Shown: positions 50,103 to 62,626 of the stretch, piece after piece
Position numbering within the stretch: the stretch's first letter is position 1
Layout of the letters: every line of letters starts with the position of its first letter
Source of the DNA: Eledone cirrhosa
Lineage: Eukaryota
NCBI GenBank assembly: GCA_964016885.1
Contig: OZ024740.1
Span: 269,018,001-269,082,000, forward strand
Reading direction: 5' to 3'
DNA length: 64,000 nt
Notes under the pieces: model-generated
Told to the model about the DNA's origin: nothing
What the model saw: the letters and a program-made list of their open reading frames with translations, nothing else
The model's database searches: none
Position numbers and translations under genes: made by a program

Positions 50103-50514
50103 AAATGCTATAATTATTAGCTTAGAAAATCGGGTAAGATACCCGCATAGACGTAAACAATGCACTGCAGCCTCTACAGAGTAACGAAATTCATCTCACA
50201 AACTCCGGCAGAGCCCTCTCTAACATTCAGCTAAAAGTTTATGACGGCAATTACCTTCTAAATAGAGGCCAAATATCGACTTTAAATGTTACGACATCTG
50301 CAAACAATCCGTCGGATCATCGTATGAATTGAAATCCTTAAGAAATGTACAAAATCTGGAATGCAGAAAATAACTCTGAACATAGTCGATTGCTAGAAAA
50401 TCGGGTAAAATACTCCTATAGACTGTTACAGAGAAGCTGAATCTGTACCAAAGCTTTTCAACTCAATCGACGTTCCGATGGTTTGTTTACCCCCCCCCCC
50501 CCCCCCATAATGAT

Positions 50515-50935
50515 AATAATTGTTTCTACTTTAGGCACAAGGCCAGCAATTACCCAGTACATTACTGGTACTTTATTTTATCGACCCCGTAAGGATGAAA
50601 GGCAAAGTTAACCTCGGCGGGATTTGAACTCAGACTGTAAAGGGACGTAACTATGCTAGAAAACATGGCGTCCAACCCTCTACCGATACTACCAATTCAC
50701 CGCCCTAAATGATAATAATGATTTCTAGTATAGGCAGAAGGCCAGTAATTTGAGGGAGGGTAAAGTCGACTAAATCAACCCCAGTGCATTGCTGGTGTTT
50801 TATTTTATCGACCCTCTAAGTATGAAAGGCAAAGTTAACCTCAGCGGAATTTGAACTCAGACCGTAAAGCGCCGTAACTCTATGCTGCAAAGCATGGTGT
50901 CCGACTCTCTACTGATACTGCCAATCCACCGCCCT
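50515..50935 (-). mobile_element. Two tandem full-length tRNA-derived SINEs
   Basis: Each ends in ...ccaat.caccgcc (5' head on minus). Confidence 0.9.
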
Positions 50936-51417
50936 CATAGAAAGAATCAGGTCAAGATTGTCTAAAGTTCCTTATACGGCCGTTTCATGATAAATTCCGG
51001 AATACGATGTCTATAATCGATCTAATGATTGGGTTCAATCACCAATCATCGATCTTTGTAACAAGTATCAAGACCAGAGAACATCATTCATCGGTAAATG
51101 TTTAGGACCTTACTGTATATATCTCAATCTGTACAATAACTAACCTACTGCCCAAGTAAGACGATATAATATAACCAATGTCTCCTAGAAGGCAGATATT
51201 ACATGACTGGTTAGGTTAAATCTATACATATAATATATATATTGATTAAGTTTCTCAACAAGCTAAGCTGACTGAACATTAAGCCCAGAGCATGAATTTA
51301 TATATATAGTTGAAAGACAAGACATCCACTAATATGTACATACATACAGGAAGAAGAAATGTATTTACTCACTTAAAGAAATAAATTTTCCAAACTTCTA
51401 TAAGTGCTTAAGGTCAC

Positions 51418-51452
<35 letters not shown>

Positions 51453-51954
51453 TCACACTGTACATTAACCAGTTAACCTTCAAATTAAGACGATCAAATA
51501 AAAACACTCGGCTTTTAAAATGTCTAGTTGCTTCTCAACTAGATATATGAAAGATTATTTTGTATATCGTTTAAATTTTTATATATACACTGACGTTACC
51601 ATCGCTGAATATTAATATCGGTAAGGTTTGTTTTTTTATATCGATATTGTCGGGCATCCACTGATGATTTATAAGTGCCCGCCTACATATATTCCTATAG
51701 ACTATGTGTAGGCTTCCACATAACCTGGACATCATTTTCCCAATTTGTAGAAAACTTATAATGAAACGATCGTTTGGAAAGAGGGATGTATTTAATTATG
51801 TCTCATATAAAATAATACAACTGGCTTTCCGCAAAATACGTATAGTTAGCACCCCAGACGTATAATTGGGATTATACTAAGGTATATCCTAATGTTTGTT
51901 GAGTGAGACGGAAGCCGGTTGGAGTATTGCTTAAAGCTTTCTCTGTTAATGTAT

Positions 51955-52026
<72 letters not shown>

Positions 52027-52616
52027 TATATATAGAGAGAGAGATATATATATTAATACATGCACATGCGTATATGCTAAATTATAATGTGTCGTATTAC
52101 GATATTTGAAAGCTATTTTTCTATTTTGTATCAGAATATGAAAACGTAATCGTAAATTTTGAAGGACGAGATAGTCAAACATAAAAAAGTTATAATAGCG
52201 TAATATATATGTTTCAGTGGCATCGGAAAAATGTAAGTGTAGTGATATGAAATGTGAAAGGCAAATGTTTCGTGTCTGTAAATTTACATACGAGTTGAAA
52301 ACTATCGGGTGTTACCTTTCAATAAAAATTGGCTATGAAATAAATAATGTACGTACCCGAAATATCGGATAGGTTATGAGCTATTTTATAGCATTTCGGT
52401 GCATGGGTACATACTCCTTTATATTAATAGGTAATATTTGTTAATATGTTTGAATTTGGTGAAATTCTTGCAGATCTCTTATTAGGTAATTATTTGAGGT
52501 GTTAAGTATATTTATGACACCCTCTCCAGAACATATTGACTACAAATCTTAAAACAGTTTGTGTGTGGAAAACAAAAATGAATTCTATCACAATTTTGGA
52601 CATAGATAGGCATATT

Positions 52617-52729
<113 letters not shown>

Positions 52730-52754
52730 ATATATAAATATGTGCGTTTGTTTG

Positions 52755-52812
<58 letters not shown>

Positions 52813-52994
52813 TTGAAAAAAATGAAAACGAAATTTCATTTCTCACTCTTAGTATGGCACTTACTTAAACGTAAGTATGTATGTATACGTACATACACAT
52901 ATGTATACAGACGAACAAAGCGGCCGGCGTTATAATAAACGTCGGCTAAACTGATGCGTGCATATATGTATGTGTACCTGTATGCATATGTGTA

Positions 52995-53037
<43 letters not shown>

Positions 53038-53274
53038 GCGTGCTACTGTAAGTCTGTATACATATGTGTATGTACGTATATATACATACTTACGTTTAAG
53101 TAAGTGCCATACTAAGAGTGAGAAATGAAATTTCGTTTTCATTTTTTTCAACTTATCGTTTTCGGTATGCCTGACCGATTTAACTCACTCAATATGCAAA
53201 TTAGGCTGCTCAGCCGTTAATTTTCATAAGGAAAGTATATACTTTCGAACGTTCAACTATCTGGCAGATGGGTA

Positions 53275-53319
53275 AACGGTGCTGATGATAGCTAACAAGC
53301 TTGAAACTAGTACATCGTT
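53275..53319 (+). ncRNA. Minimal type I hammerhead ribozyme
   Basis: aacggtg-CTGATGA-t-agct-aaca-agct-t-GAAA-CTAG-TA-catcgtt; 7-bp stem I, palindromic stem III ACTAGT, GUA site. Confidence 0.88.
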
Positions 53320-53483
53320 CCTGTGTCAGTGTTGAACAAAAAGGTGACGTGGTTGCCTTAACACCGTATGGCATAAATTCAGGCTTTGTTGACAAACAAA
53401 CGAACAAAGCGGCCGGCGTTATAATAAAAGTCGGCTAAACTGATGCGTGCATATATGTATGTGTACCTGTATGCATATGTGTA

Positions 53484-53514
<31 letters not shown>

Positions 53515-53751
53515 GCGTGCTACGGTACGTCTGTATACATATGTGTATGTACGTATACATACATACTTACGTTTAAGTAAGTGCCATACTAAGAGTGAGA
53601 AATGAAATTTCGTTTTCATTTTTTTCAACTTATCGTTTTCGGTATGCCTGACCGAATTAACTCACTCAATATGCAAATTAGGCTGCTCAGCCGTTAATTT
53701 TCATAAGGAAAGTATATACTTTCGAACGTTCAACTATCTGGCAGATGGGTA

Positions 53752-53796
53752 AACGGTGCTGATGATAGCTAACAAGCTTGAAACTAGTACATCGTT
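53752..53796 (+). ncRNA. Minimal type I hammerhead ribozyme (second tandem copy)
   Basis: Identical to 53275-53319. Confidence 0.88.
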
Positions 53797-53973
53797 CCTG
53801 TGTCAGTGTTAAACAAAAAGGTGACGTGGTTGCCTTAACACCGTATGGAATAAATTCAGGCTGTTCGCTTTGTTGACAAACGAACGAACAAAGCGGCCGG
53901 CGTTATAATAAACGTCGGCTAAACTGATGCGTGCATATATGTATGTGTACCTGTATGCATATGTGTATATATG

Positions 53974-54006
<33 letters not shown>

Positions 54007-54068
54007 GCGTGCTACTGTACGTCGGTATACATATGTGTATGTACGTATACATACATACTTACGTTTAT

Positions 54069-54154
<86 letters not shown>

Positions 54155-54199
54155 TACATATATATATATACTGTATATGTGTGTATATATATATATATG

Positions 54200-54246
<47 letters not shown>

Positions 54247-54247
<1 letters not shown>

Positions 54248-54670
54248 CTAGCAGAGGTACCCGGCGTTGCTCGGGTATTAAATAGCAGTTATGTATACCA
54301 TTATGTCAATACTACAGTGCTTCTTCGAAAACTATACTTTTACAAAATCATCGGCTTTTTTCCCAAAGGGGCTTCCTGCCCCCAGGGGTCCCCTACTCAG
54401 TAAGTGCCAATTCACATTCATCTGTAGAACAAACGTAGCCCATGTGTCAAGTTTTGTGAAAATCGGTTGCGAACTACAGAAGTTATGACATTCTGTTGCA
54501 TTGCACTGCAGTGCTTCAGTCGACTCCAAGGAAGCGGTTGAAGGGGGTTATCTGCCGGGAGGCCCTATGATCAATATCTGGAAAAATTAAAGTGTCCATG
54601 ACCATCCGGAGTACATAAGTAACCTATGTCTTAAGTTTGGTGAAAATACTGTAGAAATGCATAAGGTTTA
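54247..54670 (+). mobile_element. Non-autonomous Helitron/HINE-like element
   Basis: actagcagaggtacccggcgttgctcggg start hairpin; repeated aagttt.gtgaaaat motifs. Confidence 0.55.
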
Positions 54671-55181
54671 CTCACACACACGCGCGTGCGTGCGTGCGCG
54701 TGTGTGTGTGTTTGTGTGTGTTTATGTATTTGTGTGTGCGTATGTATATGTATGTGTATGTCCATCGGCGCATACGTATGTACTGGCCTAAATCTTCACT
54801 ATTTACTTTTACTATTTTAATAACCTGTCATTTTCGTTTACAATTTTATTTACATCATTCTTAAACTCCGGGGCTGGAAATCATTCGGTTATTTTAAATG
54901 GAATATTAGTCTAACGACTCCATTTATACCATAAACGTGGTCTTGTCTTTGCTTGAAATTGTTCTTCTCGTTCCACATGACGTATTATCCTCGCTTTTTT
55001 TTTCGTTCATTGCCAGCGAACGTCTTCACGAACCAGAATATCGTCTTCCTGTTTTCCTTCGGTTGCAACGTTTCTCGAAATATTTACTTCTGCGTTCACA
55101 GATTATTTTTTTTTTAGTTTCAGAAGATCTCGTTAACGTTGAAAGCAGCGATTCTTTGCTTAAACTTTAATCTGTTCTTAT

Positions 55182-55357
<176 letters not shown>

Positions 55358-55439
55358 AGAGTTCAACAAGATTCAATGAACATATCAAAGAATGAGTTTT
55401 GCAATAGATTGGAAGCACTCTACAGTGAATATTTTCCAG

Positions 55440-55845
55440 AGTTATTAATATTAATTCAAAATATTAACAAAATAGATATTCTTGTGATCAATTATATTTT
55501 ATTATACATATTTCAGAGGTACTGAATTAAGTTCAACAGTACGTCCTCATCAGATAAAATAAAATGATAAATGATACAAGGGCGGTGCCCCAGCATGGCC
55601 TCAGCCGGATGGCTGAAACACGTAAAAGAGTGAAAGAGTATGTCATACCCTGACATGGTAGATGGTCAAGATTTAATTCTACCTTGATTAAATCTTGACC
55701 ATCTACCATGCAGGGTATGTCATATATCATTTTATTTTATCTGATGAGGACGTACTGTTGAAATTAATTCAGTACCTCTGAAATATGTATAATAAAATAT
55801 AATTGATCACAAGAATATCTATTTTGTTAATATTTTGAATTAATA
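55440..55845. repeat. Fold-back pLTR pair, each arm with an HHR; SINE tail (55578-55638) in the left arm
   Basis: Arms reverse complementary around ~55680; insert ggcggtgccccagcatggcc...gaaacacgtaaaaga in one arm only. Confidence 0.85.
55729..55798 (+). ncRNA. Hammerhead motif, N17-less type, long stem II
   Basis: ttat-CTGATGA-ggac-gtactg...cagtac-ctct-GAAA-TATG-T-ataa. Confidence 0.7.
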
Positions 55846-55853
55846 TATATATA

Positions 55854-55884
<31 letters not shown>

Positions 55885-55905
55885 GGAGAGAGAGAGAGAG
55901 GGAGA

Positions 55906-56006
<101 letters not shown>

Positions 56007-56269
56007 TTTTGTACAGCTTTTGGAGGAAGGAGTGACCAGCAGTACGTTGTTCGGTATTATTACGGAAAGGTGTAGCAGAGAATCCCGCGTAAACTAACAG
56101 CTCGGGAGGAAATTGCTTACCTCGAAGATTCATTCGCCATCGGTCTTGTCAATCCTCCGTTTACTTGGTATTTGTTGGTCTACAGTTAGATGAATGGCGC
56201 ACAAAGAGTTAATATTTATTGGCAAGAAGTTTTTTGAATAATAAAAGACGGGTTAAAGCAACCTACAAT

Positions 56270-56499
56270 GTATCTGGCAGATGGGTATACGGTGCTGATG
56301 ATAGCTAACAAGCTTGAAACTAGTACATCGTTCCTGTGTCAGTGTTGAACAAAAAGGTGACGCGGTTGCCTTAACACCGTACGGCATAAAAATTCAGGCT
56401 GTTCAGTTTGTTTACAAACGAACAAAGCGGCGTTATAATAAGCGTCTGCTAAACTGATACGTGCATATATGTATGTGTACCTGTATGTATATATGTATA

Positions 56500-56542
<43 letters not shown>

Positions 56543-56658
56543 GCATGCTACTGTACGTCTGTATACATATATGTATGTACGTATACACACATACTTACAT
56601 TTAAGTAAGTGCCGTACTAAGAGTGAGAAATGAAATTTCGTTTTCATTTTTTTTTCAA

Positions 56659-56660
<2 letters not shown>
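56270..56660 (+). mobile_element. Monomeric copy of the 477-bp family with HHR (56289-56331)
   Basis: Same HHR core and 3' tail; different 5' flank. Confidence 0.85.
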
Positions 56661-56693
<33 letters not shown>

Positions 56694-56695
<2 letters not shown>

Positions 56696-56877
56696 CGAAG
56701 GAAATGTGGTAAAGAACCAGATGGACCATAACGCACCAAAGTACTCAATACTTAGAGTAGTAGAGTGAGTAATAGGAACAAGTAGGACCCCGACGGCTGA
56801 GCTCAAGCCGTTTCAACGGCTAATCCAGAATTAGCTGTCGAAACGTCTTGAGCTCAGCCGCCGGGGTCCTACTTGTT

Positions 56878-56883
<6 letters not shown>
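56694..56883. repeat. Second member of the 17840 fold-back family
   Basis: Hairpin 56772-56883, loop near 56827. Confidence 0.85.
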
Positions 56884-56958
<75 letters not shown>

Positions 56959-57045
56959 ATACATATATTTTTATGTGTATATTTATATATGTGTATATGT
57001 GTATATCTATAAATGTGTATATGTTTGTATATGTATATATATATA

Positions 57046-57123
<78 letters not shown>

Positions 57124-59734
57124 GTATATGTGTATATATATGTGTGTGTATATGTATATATGTGTATATATATAAATATGTATATTTAAGTATATGTGTA
57201 TATATATATATGTGTGCGTGTGTGTGTGTGTGTGTGTGAATGTAGCGAAGATAATACGTCTGCAATGACGTGTTCGTCAGAATATTGTTATGCAGACAGA
57301 TATTATAAGGGCTCGAAGGAGATCGATAACCGGTGCCTAACACCCCTTTAACAACAGAAAATTAAAAAATAAGAGCAGCAGTTAGCATCTTTAGACCGCA
57401 AGGAATATATAAATGCAAGTTTGAAGTCAATCGGAGATTGAAATGTGAATTTGTGTAGACTTTGCAAAAATGAGAATTCATACACACACACAGACAACAT
57501 CAGTTATATATAGATGTATATAAATATATATATATATATATATATGTTTAGCGAGGTTTTTTTATATGAAATCGTGTGTCGAAACAGATATTGTTATACT
57601 TGGGGAGGGTCATATTTGCGTAATATTGCCAGAATTAATAACAGAACACACTCACTGTTTGGTTGGTTTTCGCTTCTCGCTGTCTTTTATATCTGCGATC
57701 TAACTTACTCGGTCCTCAATGTTGCCATTGACTGACCGACGGTCAAAAATAATACAGATACAATATAGACACAAACACATATATATAGTTTACATAATTT
57801 ACATAAATCTTTCGTTGCACATCTGCAACATCGTCAGTGGTGTTATATTCTTTGTTCCTCCTGTTGTGTTGTATGTCTACGCCCTTTTTTATTCAGTCTG
57901 TCTATATATTTATTTATTTATTTGCTTGTTTGTTTATTTTATTTTATTTTGTCTTCTTTGCGCATGCGTTTGCGTGTGTGTATAGTGTTATGTGTGCTGT
58001 GTGACTAGTGTGTATAGTGTTGTGTCTGCTGGGTGACTAGTGTGTGTTTATGTGCTTGTTGTTATTGTGCTTGTGTATGTATTTATTTATCTTATTTTAT
58101 TTTATTTTATTTACTTATTTATACTTCTCTTAGGTCAGTATTGTTTGTTTGGGTGTTGTTGTTCCACTCATTCTTTCTGTTTAGCTTTGGTCTTCTAATT
58201 TCTATTTCACTGGCCTCTCTGATTTGCCTATCTGCTGGGTCATTCCTATGTTTAGATATTATTCTAATTTCTATGTTGTCTATGTTACCGTCATGTTGTT
58301 GTCTAGCATGTTCGTATAGTACTGACCCGTTTTTTCGTCCTTTTAGTTCCCCCCAGTGTTGGTCTATCCTTTCACCTATGCTACGAGCTGTCTCACCTAT
58401 GTATGTTGTTGTCATGTTTCTGCAAGTACCCTCTGTACATCTTATGCTATAGACTACGTTTCTAGTTTTACAGTTTATCTGGGGGTTCACCTTACATATG
58501 ATACATTTCCTATTGGTACAGTGGGTTTTCTTAAAAGGGTAGGTTTTGCTGATCAGGGATTTTATGGTGGTTCCTGGCTTTTCTACCACCTTTATTTTTA
58601 ATTGGGTCTTTCTCAGGGCCTTTCTACACTGGTTAGCTAATTTGCCTCCAGGGGTGGCGTCCACAAACATGACACTCTGATATCTCTGGTTGTCGTACCA
58701 TGATGTGGCCTTCCCTATCTTATGTCTAGCCCTATCTAAGCTATTCCATGATTTGCTCCTGTATAGTGGGCAAATTCCTTTCATGTCCAGTTCTATGAGG
58801 GTCTTATACTTTTCCATGGCTCCTTCGTATACTCTGACTCTGTCTCTTTGGTTGTAGCCAGAGAACTGCATGCGGTTGATGAAATGTTGGATGTGTCTTT
58901 CCATTTCTGTTGGGTCGCACATGCTGGACACATTCTTCATCACTCGTACCAAATCTGCGATCAGAATATTAAACTTAGCCCTACTGGACATTGCTGAGTT
59001 TTTGAGTATCAGGTATTTGGAGGCCATGGGTTTAGCATAGTGTGAGTGGAGAATTTGGGCTCTCTCGTCTATAGTGTTAATCCAGAGTTCTGTGTCTAAT
59101 ACAGGTAGTCTATTGTTAGGGTGTTTGGAAGGGAAGTCGATAGTTACAGTTATACTCTGGTGTATGGAATTAGCTATCTGCTGGATGCTTTCCATCGTGC
59201 TACATTCTAAATCAAACTTGTTAGTGCTCTCTAGTGGGAGTGTTCTTATAACTATATTGATATCGTCTACATAACGAGAGTACATGATGAGGTCTATGGA
59301 GCTTTCATTAAGGAGATCTTTAAGTCTCCTTTCCCACCATACCATGAAAAGGTTGGCAACATCACCAGCTATGCTGACGCCGATGGCTGCTCCCTCATTG
59401 TGGGTGTAGATTTTCTCATTGAACTTAAATATGTGGCCCTTTAGGGCTTTAGGGATGTAAAACTACCGGAAGAATTTACCAATGATCACACAGTAAATAT
59501 CTATGGGAACACTTTAATCAGTGAACAAGAACAACAAATCCTACGGTTACCACCAAAATTTGCCATCTACAAAAAGATTAACCCTATGGAATGCAAAACG
59601 GAGCTGGAAAAGTGTTTCACAAAAATACGTTGGAATGCAAAGGTAAACAACAACAACAATAATAACGGTAGTAGTAATATAAACAAAACTCTGGGTATAA
59701 AAATAACAGCCATAACCATAACAATGGCAGGAAA

Positions 59735-62626
59735 GTGAGAAATAGTGATAATGGTAATAATACTAGCGATAGACGGAACAACAACAACCACAATAATAAT
59801 AATAATAGAAACGTTAACCACAGACACAGCAACAGTGACCACAGTAGTAATAACGGTAACAATACGAACAACAACAACAATAACCACAGTGGTAATAATG
59901 GAAATAGTACATGTAGCAACATCAACAAAAACAAGAAACATAATAATAGTAACAACCACAATGGTAGAAATAACAGTAACAACAACAACAATAACGGTGA
60001 AGTAAACAACAATACATCTAGCAATCATAACAATAATAATAATGCTAATGAGAGAAACAACAACAACCACCATGATAACAATAATAGCAACACACACAAC
60101 TATGACGATAGATATAATGACAACCCCTTAGAGAAACTATTTTTCAACCCAGCTGACAAAACATATAAGATGGGTAATATCTATCCTACGAGGTTACCCT
60201 TTAATAAAAGAGTTTGCATACCACAGCAAATAGATGACGAGACGGAGGCACAGTTCACCATAGCTAGAAATAAGATTAGACAAGTAGTAGACAGGTATAC
60301 TATGAGACAGAGCAGACCAGAGGCCCAACAACTTGGGAGAAAACCTGTAGAAGGCTTGGTTAGCCTCAAGCAGCGCACAAGGGATGGTGAGGTAGTGTGT
60401 CTACCCACAGATAAGTTTGGTAGGATGTCAATAGATAGCATGCCGAACTACATCGAGGCTATGCAACCCCACATTACCAACACGAGCGAAGTTGCACAAC
60501 AAACACACGATGGGAGAGAAAAAATTCTCAACGCTCACATGATGATGTGGACTGACATCCTAAAGCCAAGCAGACGCACTGCCAACAACTTCCAGGCGTC
60601 TAACAATGGCATACCACCCTTGTATGGGCTCCGCAAAGACCACAAGACAGTCGACGACCCGACAACAGGACCACCAACAAGACCCGTATGCGGAGCTAAT
60701 ATAGCTAGCAACTACAGGATCTCCTACTTCCTCTCAATGGTTATACGCCCCATAATCAAGATGTCCCCAGATGTATGTGAAAGTACAGAGGACCTCCTCA
60801 GCAGAATCAGTGAGTGCAACACAAACAGGAGCCTATCCAACTGCATAATAGGCAGCATGGATGTGGTGTCACTGTACCCATCCATTAACATTGATTTTGC
60901 TGTGAAACGATGTGTGGAGATGATCATTGAGAGTGAGATGGAGTTCCGCGACGTCGACACAGACGAACTGGGCCTCCTACTTAGACTTACCTACGACACT
61001 GACTACCTAGACAGCCATGACCTTAGATGTTTCTGCCCTAGTAGACCTATAAGAGGTAGACCCCCCACCATAACCTCAATGGCAAAAAAGACTGCCATAG
61101 GAAGGTGGATTGGGTGGACCAAAGCTATACGGACCCCCCAAAACACTGATCAGGTAAGAAAAATGGTCGCACATGCAATAGGGGCTAGTATCAAAACTAC
61201 CCTAAAGGGCCACATATTTAAGTTCAATGAGAAAATCTACACCCAAAATGAGGGAGCAGCCATTGGCGTCAGCATAGCTGGTGATGTTGCCAACCTTTTC
61301 ATGGTATGGTGGGAAAGGAGACTTAAAGATCTCCTTAATGAAAGCTCCATAGACCTCATCATGTACTCTCGTTATGTAGACGATATCAATATAGTTATAA
61401 GAACACTCCCACTAGAGAGCACTAACAAGTTTGATTTAGAATGTAGCACGATGGAAAGCATCCAGCAGATAGCTAATTCCATACACCAGAGTATAACTGT
61501 AACTATCGACTTCCCTTCCAAACACCCTAACAATAGACTACCCGTATTAGACACAGAACTCTGGATTAACACTATAGACGAGAGAGCCCAAATTCTCCAC
61601 TCACACTATGCTAAACCCATGGCCTCCAAATACCTGATACTCAAAAACTCAGCAATGTCCAGTAGGGCTAAGTTTAATATTCTGATCGCAGATTTGGTAC
61701 GAGTGATGAAGAATGTGTCCAGCATGTGCGACCCAACAGAAATGGAAAGACACATCCAACATTTCATCAACCGCATGCAGTTCTCTGGCTACAACCAAAG
61801 AGACAGAGTCAGAGTATACGAAGGAGCCATGGAAAAGTATAAGACCCTCATAGAACTGGACATGAAAGGAATTTGCCCACTATACAGGAGCAAATCATGG
61901 AATAGCTTAGATAGGGCTAGACATAAGATAGGGAAGGCCACATCATGGTACGACAACCAGAGATATCAGAGTGTCATGTTTGTGGACGCCACCCCTGGAG
62001 GGAAATTAGCTAACCAGTGTAGAAAGGCCCTGAGAAAGACCCACTTAAAAATAAAGGTGGTAGAAAAGCCAGGAACCACCATAAAATCCCTGATCAGCAA
62101 AACCTACCCTTTTAAGAAAACCCACTGTACCAATAGGAAATGTATCATATGTAAGGTGAACCCCCGGATAAACTGTAAAACTAGAAACGTAGTCTATAGC
62201 ATAAGATGTACAGAGGGTACTTGCAGAAACATGACAACAACATACATAGGTGAGACAGCTCGTAGCATAGGTGAAAGGATAGACCAACACTGGGGGGAAC
62301 TAAAAGGACGAAAAAACGGGTCAGTACTATACGAACATGCTAGACAACAACATGACGGTAACATAGACAACATAGAAATTAGAATAATATCTAAACATAG
62401 GAATGACCCAGCAGATAGGCAAATCAGAGAGGCCAGTGAAATAGAAATTAGAAGACCAAAGCTAAACAGACAGAATGAGTGGAACAACAACAACACCCAA
62501 ACAAACAGGAGGAACAAAGAATATAACACCACTGACGATGTTGCAGATGTGCAACGAAAGATTTATGTAAATTATGTAAACTATATATATGTGTTTGTGT
62601 CTATATTGTATCTGTATTATTTTTGA
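59735..62626 (+). CDS. PLE polyprotein: Asn-rich insert, RT with long finger insertion, Zn-knuckle linker, GIY-YIG endonuclease (5'-truncated; upstream frameshift ~59685; C-terminus altered by deletion)
   Basis: PTDK.GRM, LYGLRKDHK, RPVCG, SMDVVSLYPSI, QNEGAAIG, RYVDD, LPVLDT, HYAKPMAS, VVY..YIGETAR..R..QH. Confidence 0.9.
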   Translation: MRNSDNGNNTSDRRNNNNHNNNNNRNVNHRHSNSDHSSNNGNNTNNNNNNHSGNNGNSTCSNINKNKKHNNSNNHNGRNNSNNNNNNGEVNNNTSSNHNNNNNANERNNNNHHDNNNSNTHNYDDRYNDNPLEKLFFNPADKTYKMGNIYPTRLPFNKRVCIPQQIDDETEAQFTIARNKIRQVVDRYTMRQSRPEAQQLGRKPVEGLVSLKQRTRDGEVVCLPTDKFGRMSIDSMPNYIEAMQPHITNTSEVAQQTHDGREKILNAHMMMWTDILKPSRRTANNFQASNNGIPPLYGLRKDHKTVDDPTTGPPTRPVCGANIASNYRISYFLSMVIRPIIKMSPDVCESTEDLLSRISECNTNRSLSNCIIGSMDVVSLYPSINIDFAVKRCVEMIIESEMEFRDVDTDELGLLLRLTYDTDYLDSHDLRCFCPSRPIRGRPPTITSMAKKTAIGRWIGWTKAIRTPQNTDQVRKMVAHAIGASIKTTLKGHIFKFNEKIYTQNEGAAIGVSIAGDVANLFMVWWERRLKDLLNESSIDLIMYSRYVDDINIVIRTLPLESTNKFDLECSTMESIQQIANSIHQSITVTIDFPSKHPNNRLPVLDTELWINTIDERAQILHSHYAKPMASKYLILKNSAMSSRAKFNILIADLVRVMKNVSSMCDPTEMERHIQHFINRMQFSGYNQRDRVRVYEGAMEKYKTLIELDMKGICPLYRSKSWNSLDRARHKIGKATSWYDNQRYQSVMFVDATPGGKLANQCRKALRKTHLKIKVVEKPGTTIKSLISKTYPFKKTHCTNRKCIICKVNPRINCKTRNVVYSIRCTEGTCRNMTTTYIGETARSIGERIDQHWGELKGRKNGSVLYEHARQQHDGNIDNIEIRIISKHRNDPADRQIREASEIEIRRPKLNRQNEWNNNNTQTNRRNKEYNTTDDVADVQRKIYVNYVNYIYVFVSILYLYYF
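62526..62568 (+). ncRNA. Hammerhead-like motif of the Naiad-like pLTR (also on minus near 7810-7855, 26325-26365, 57800-57845)
   Basis: CTGACGA-t-gttgca-gatg-tgcaac-GAAA-GATT-TA-tg; good core and stem II, weak stem I. Confidence 0.6.

Larger units (their letters stand above)
52811..54066 (+). mobile_element. Retrozyme-like tandem array, 477-bp unit, with 5' inverted tail (52811-52912)
   Basis: Near-identical units with one HHR each; no ORF; (TA)n flanks. Confidence 0.8.

Noticed and set aside
52811-54066. CRISPR array or other prokaryotic system
   Set aside because: No short repeat with unique spacers and no cas genes; sequence is eukaryotic and repeat-derived
59439-59454. TTAGGG twice at the junction as telomerase healing
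   Set aside because: The first copy is templated by the arm and the second fits the element's reading frame (F-R-D-V-K-L-P); spacing is 8 nt, not 6
59735-62626. Selenoprotein-type Naiad
   Set aside because: No in-frame TGA; the Cys motifs use normal codons
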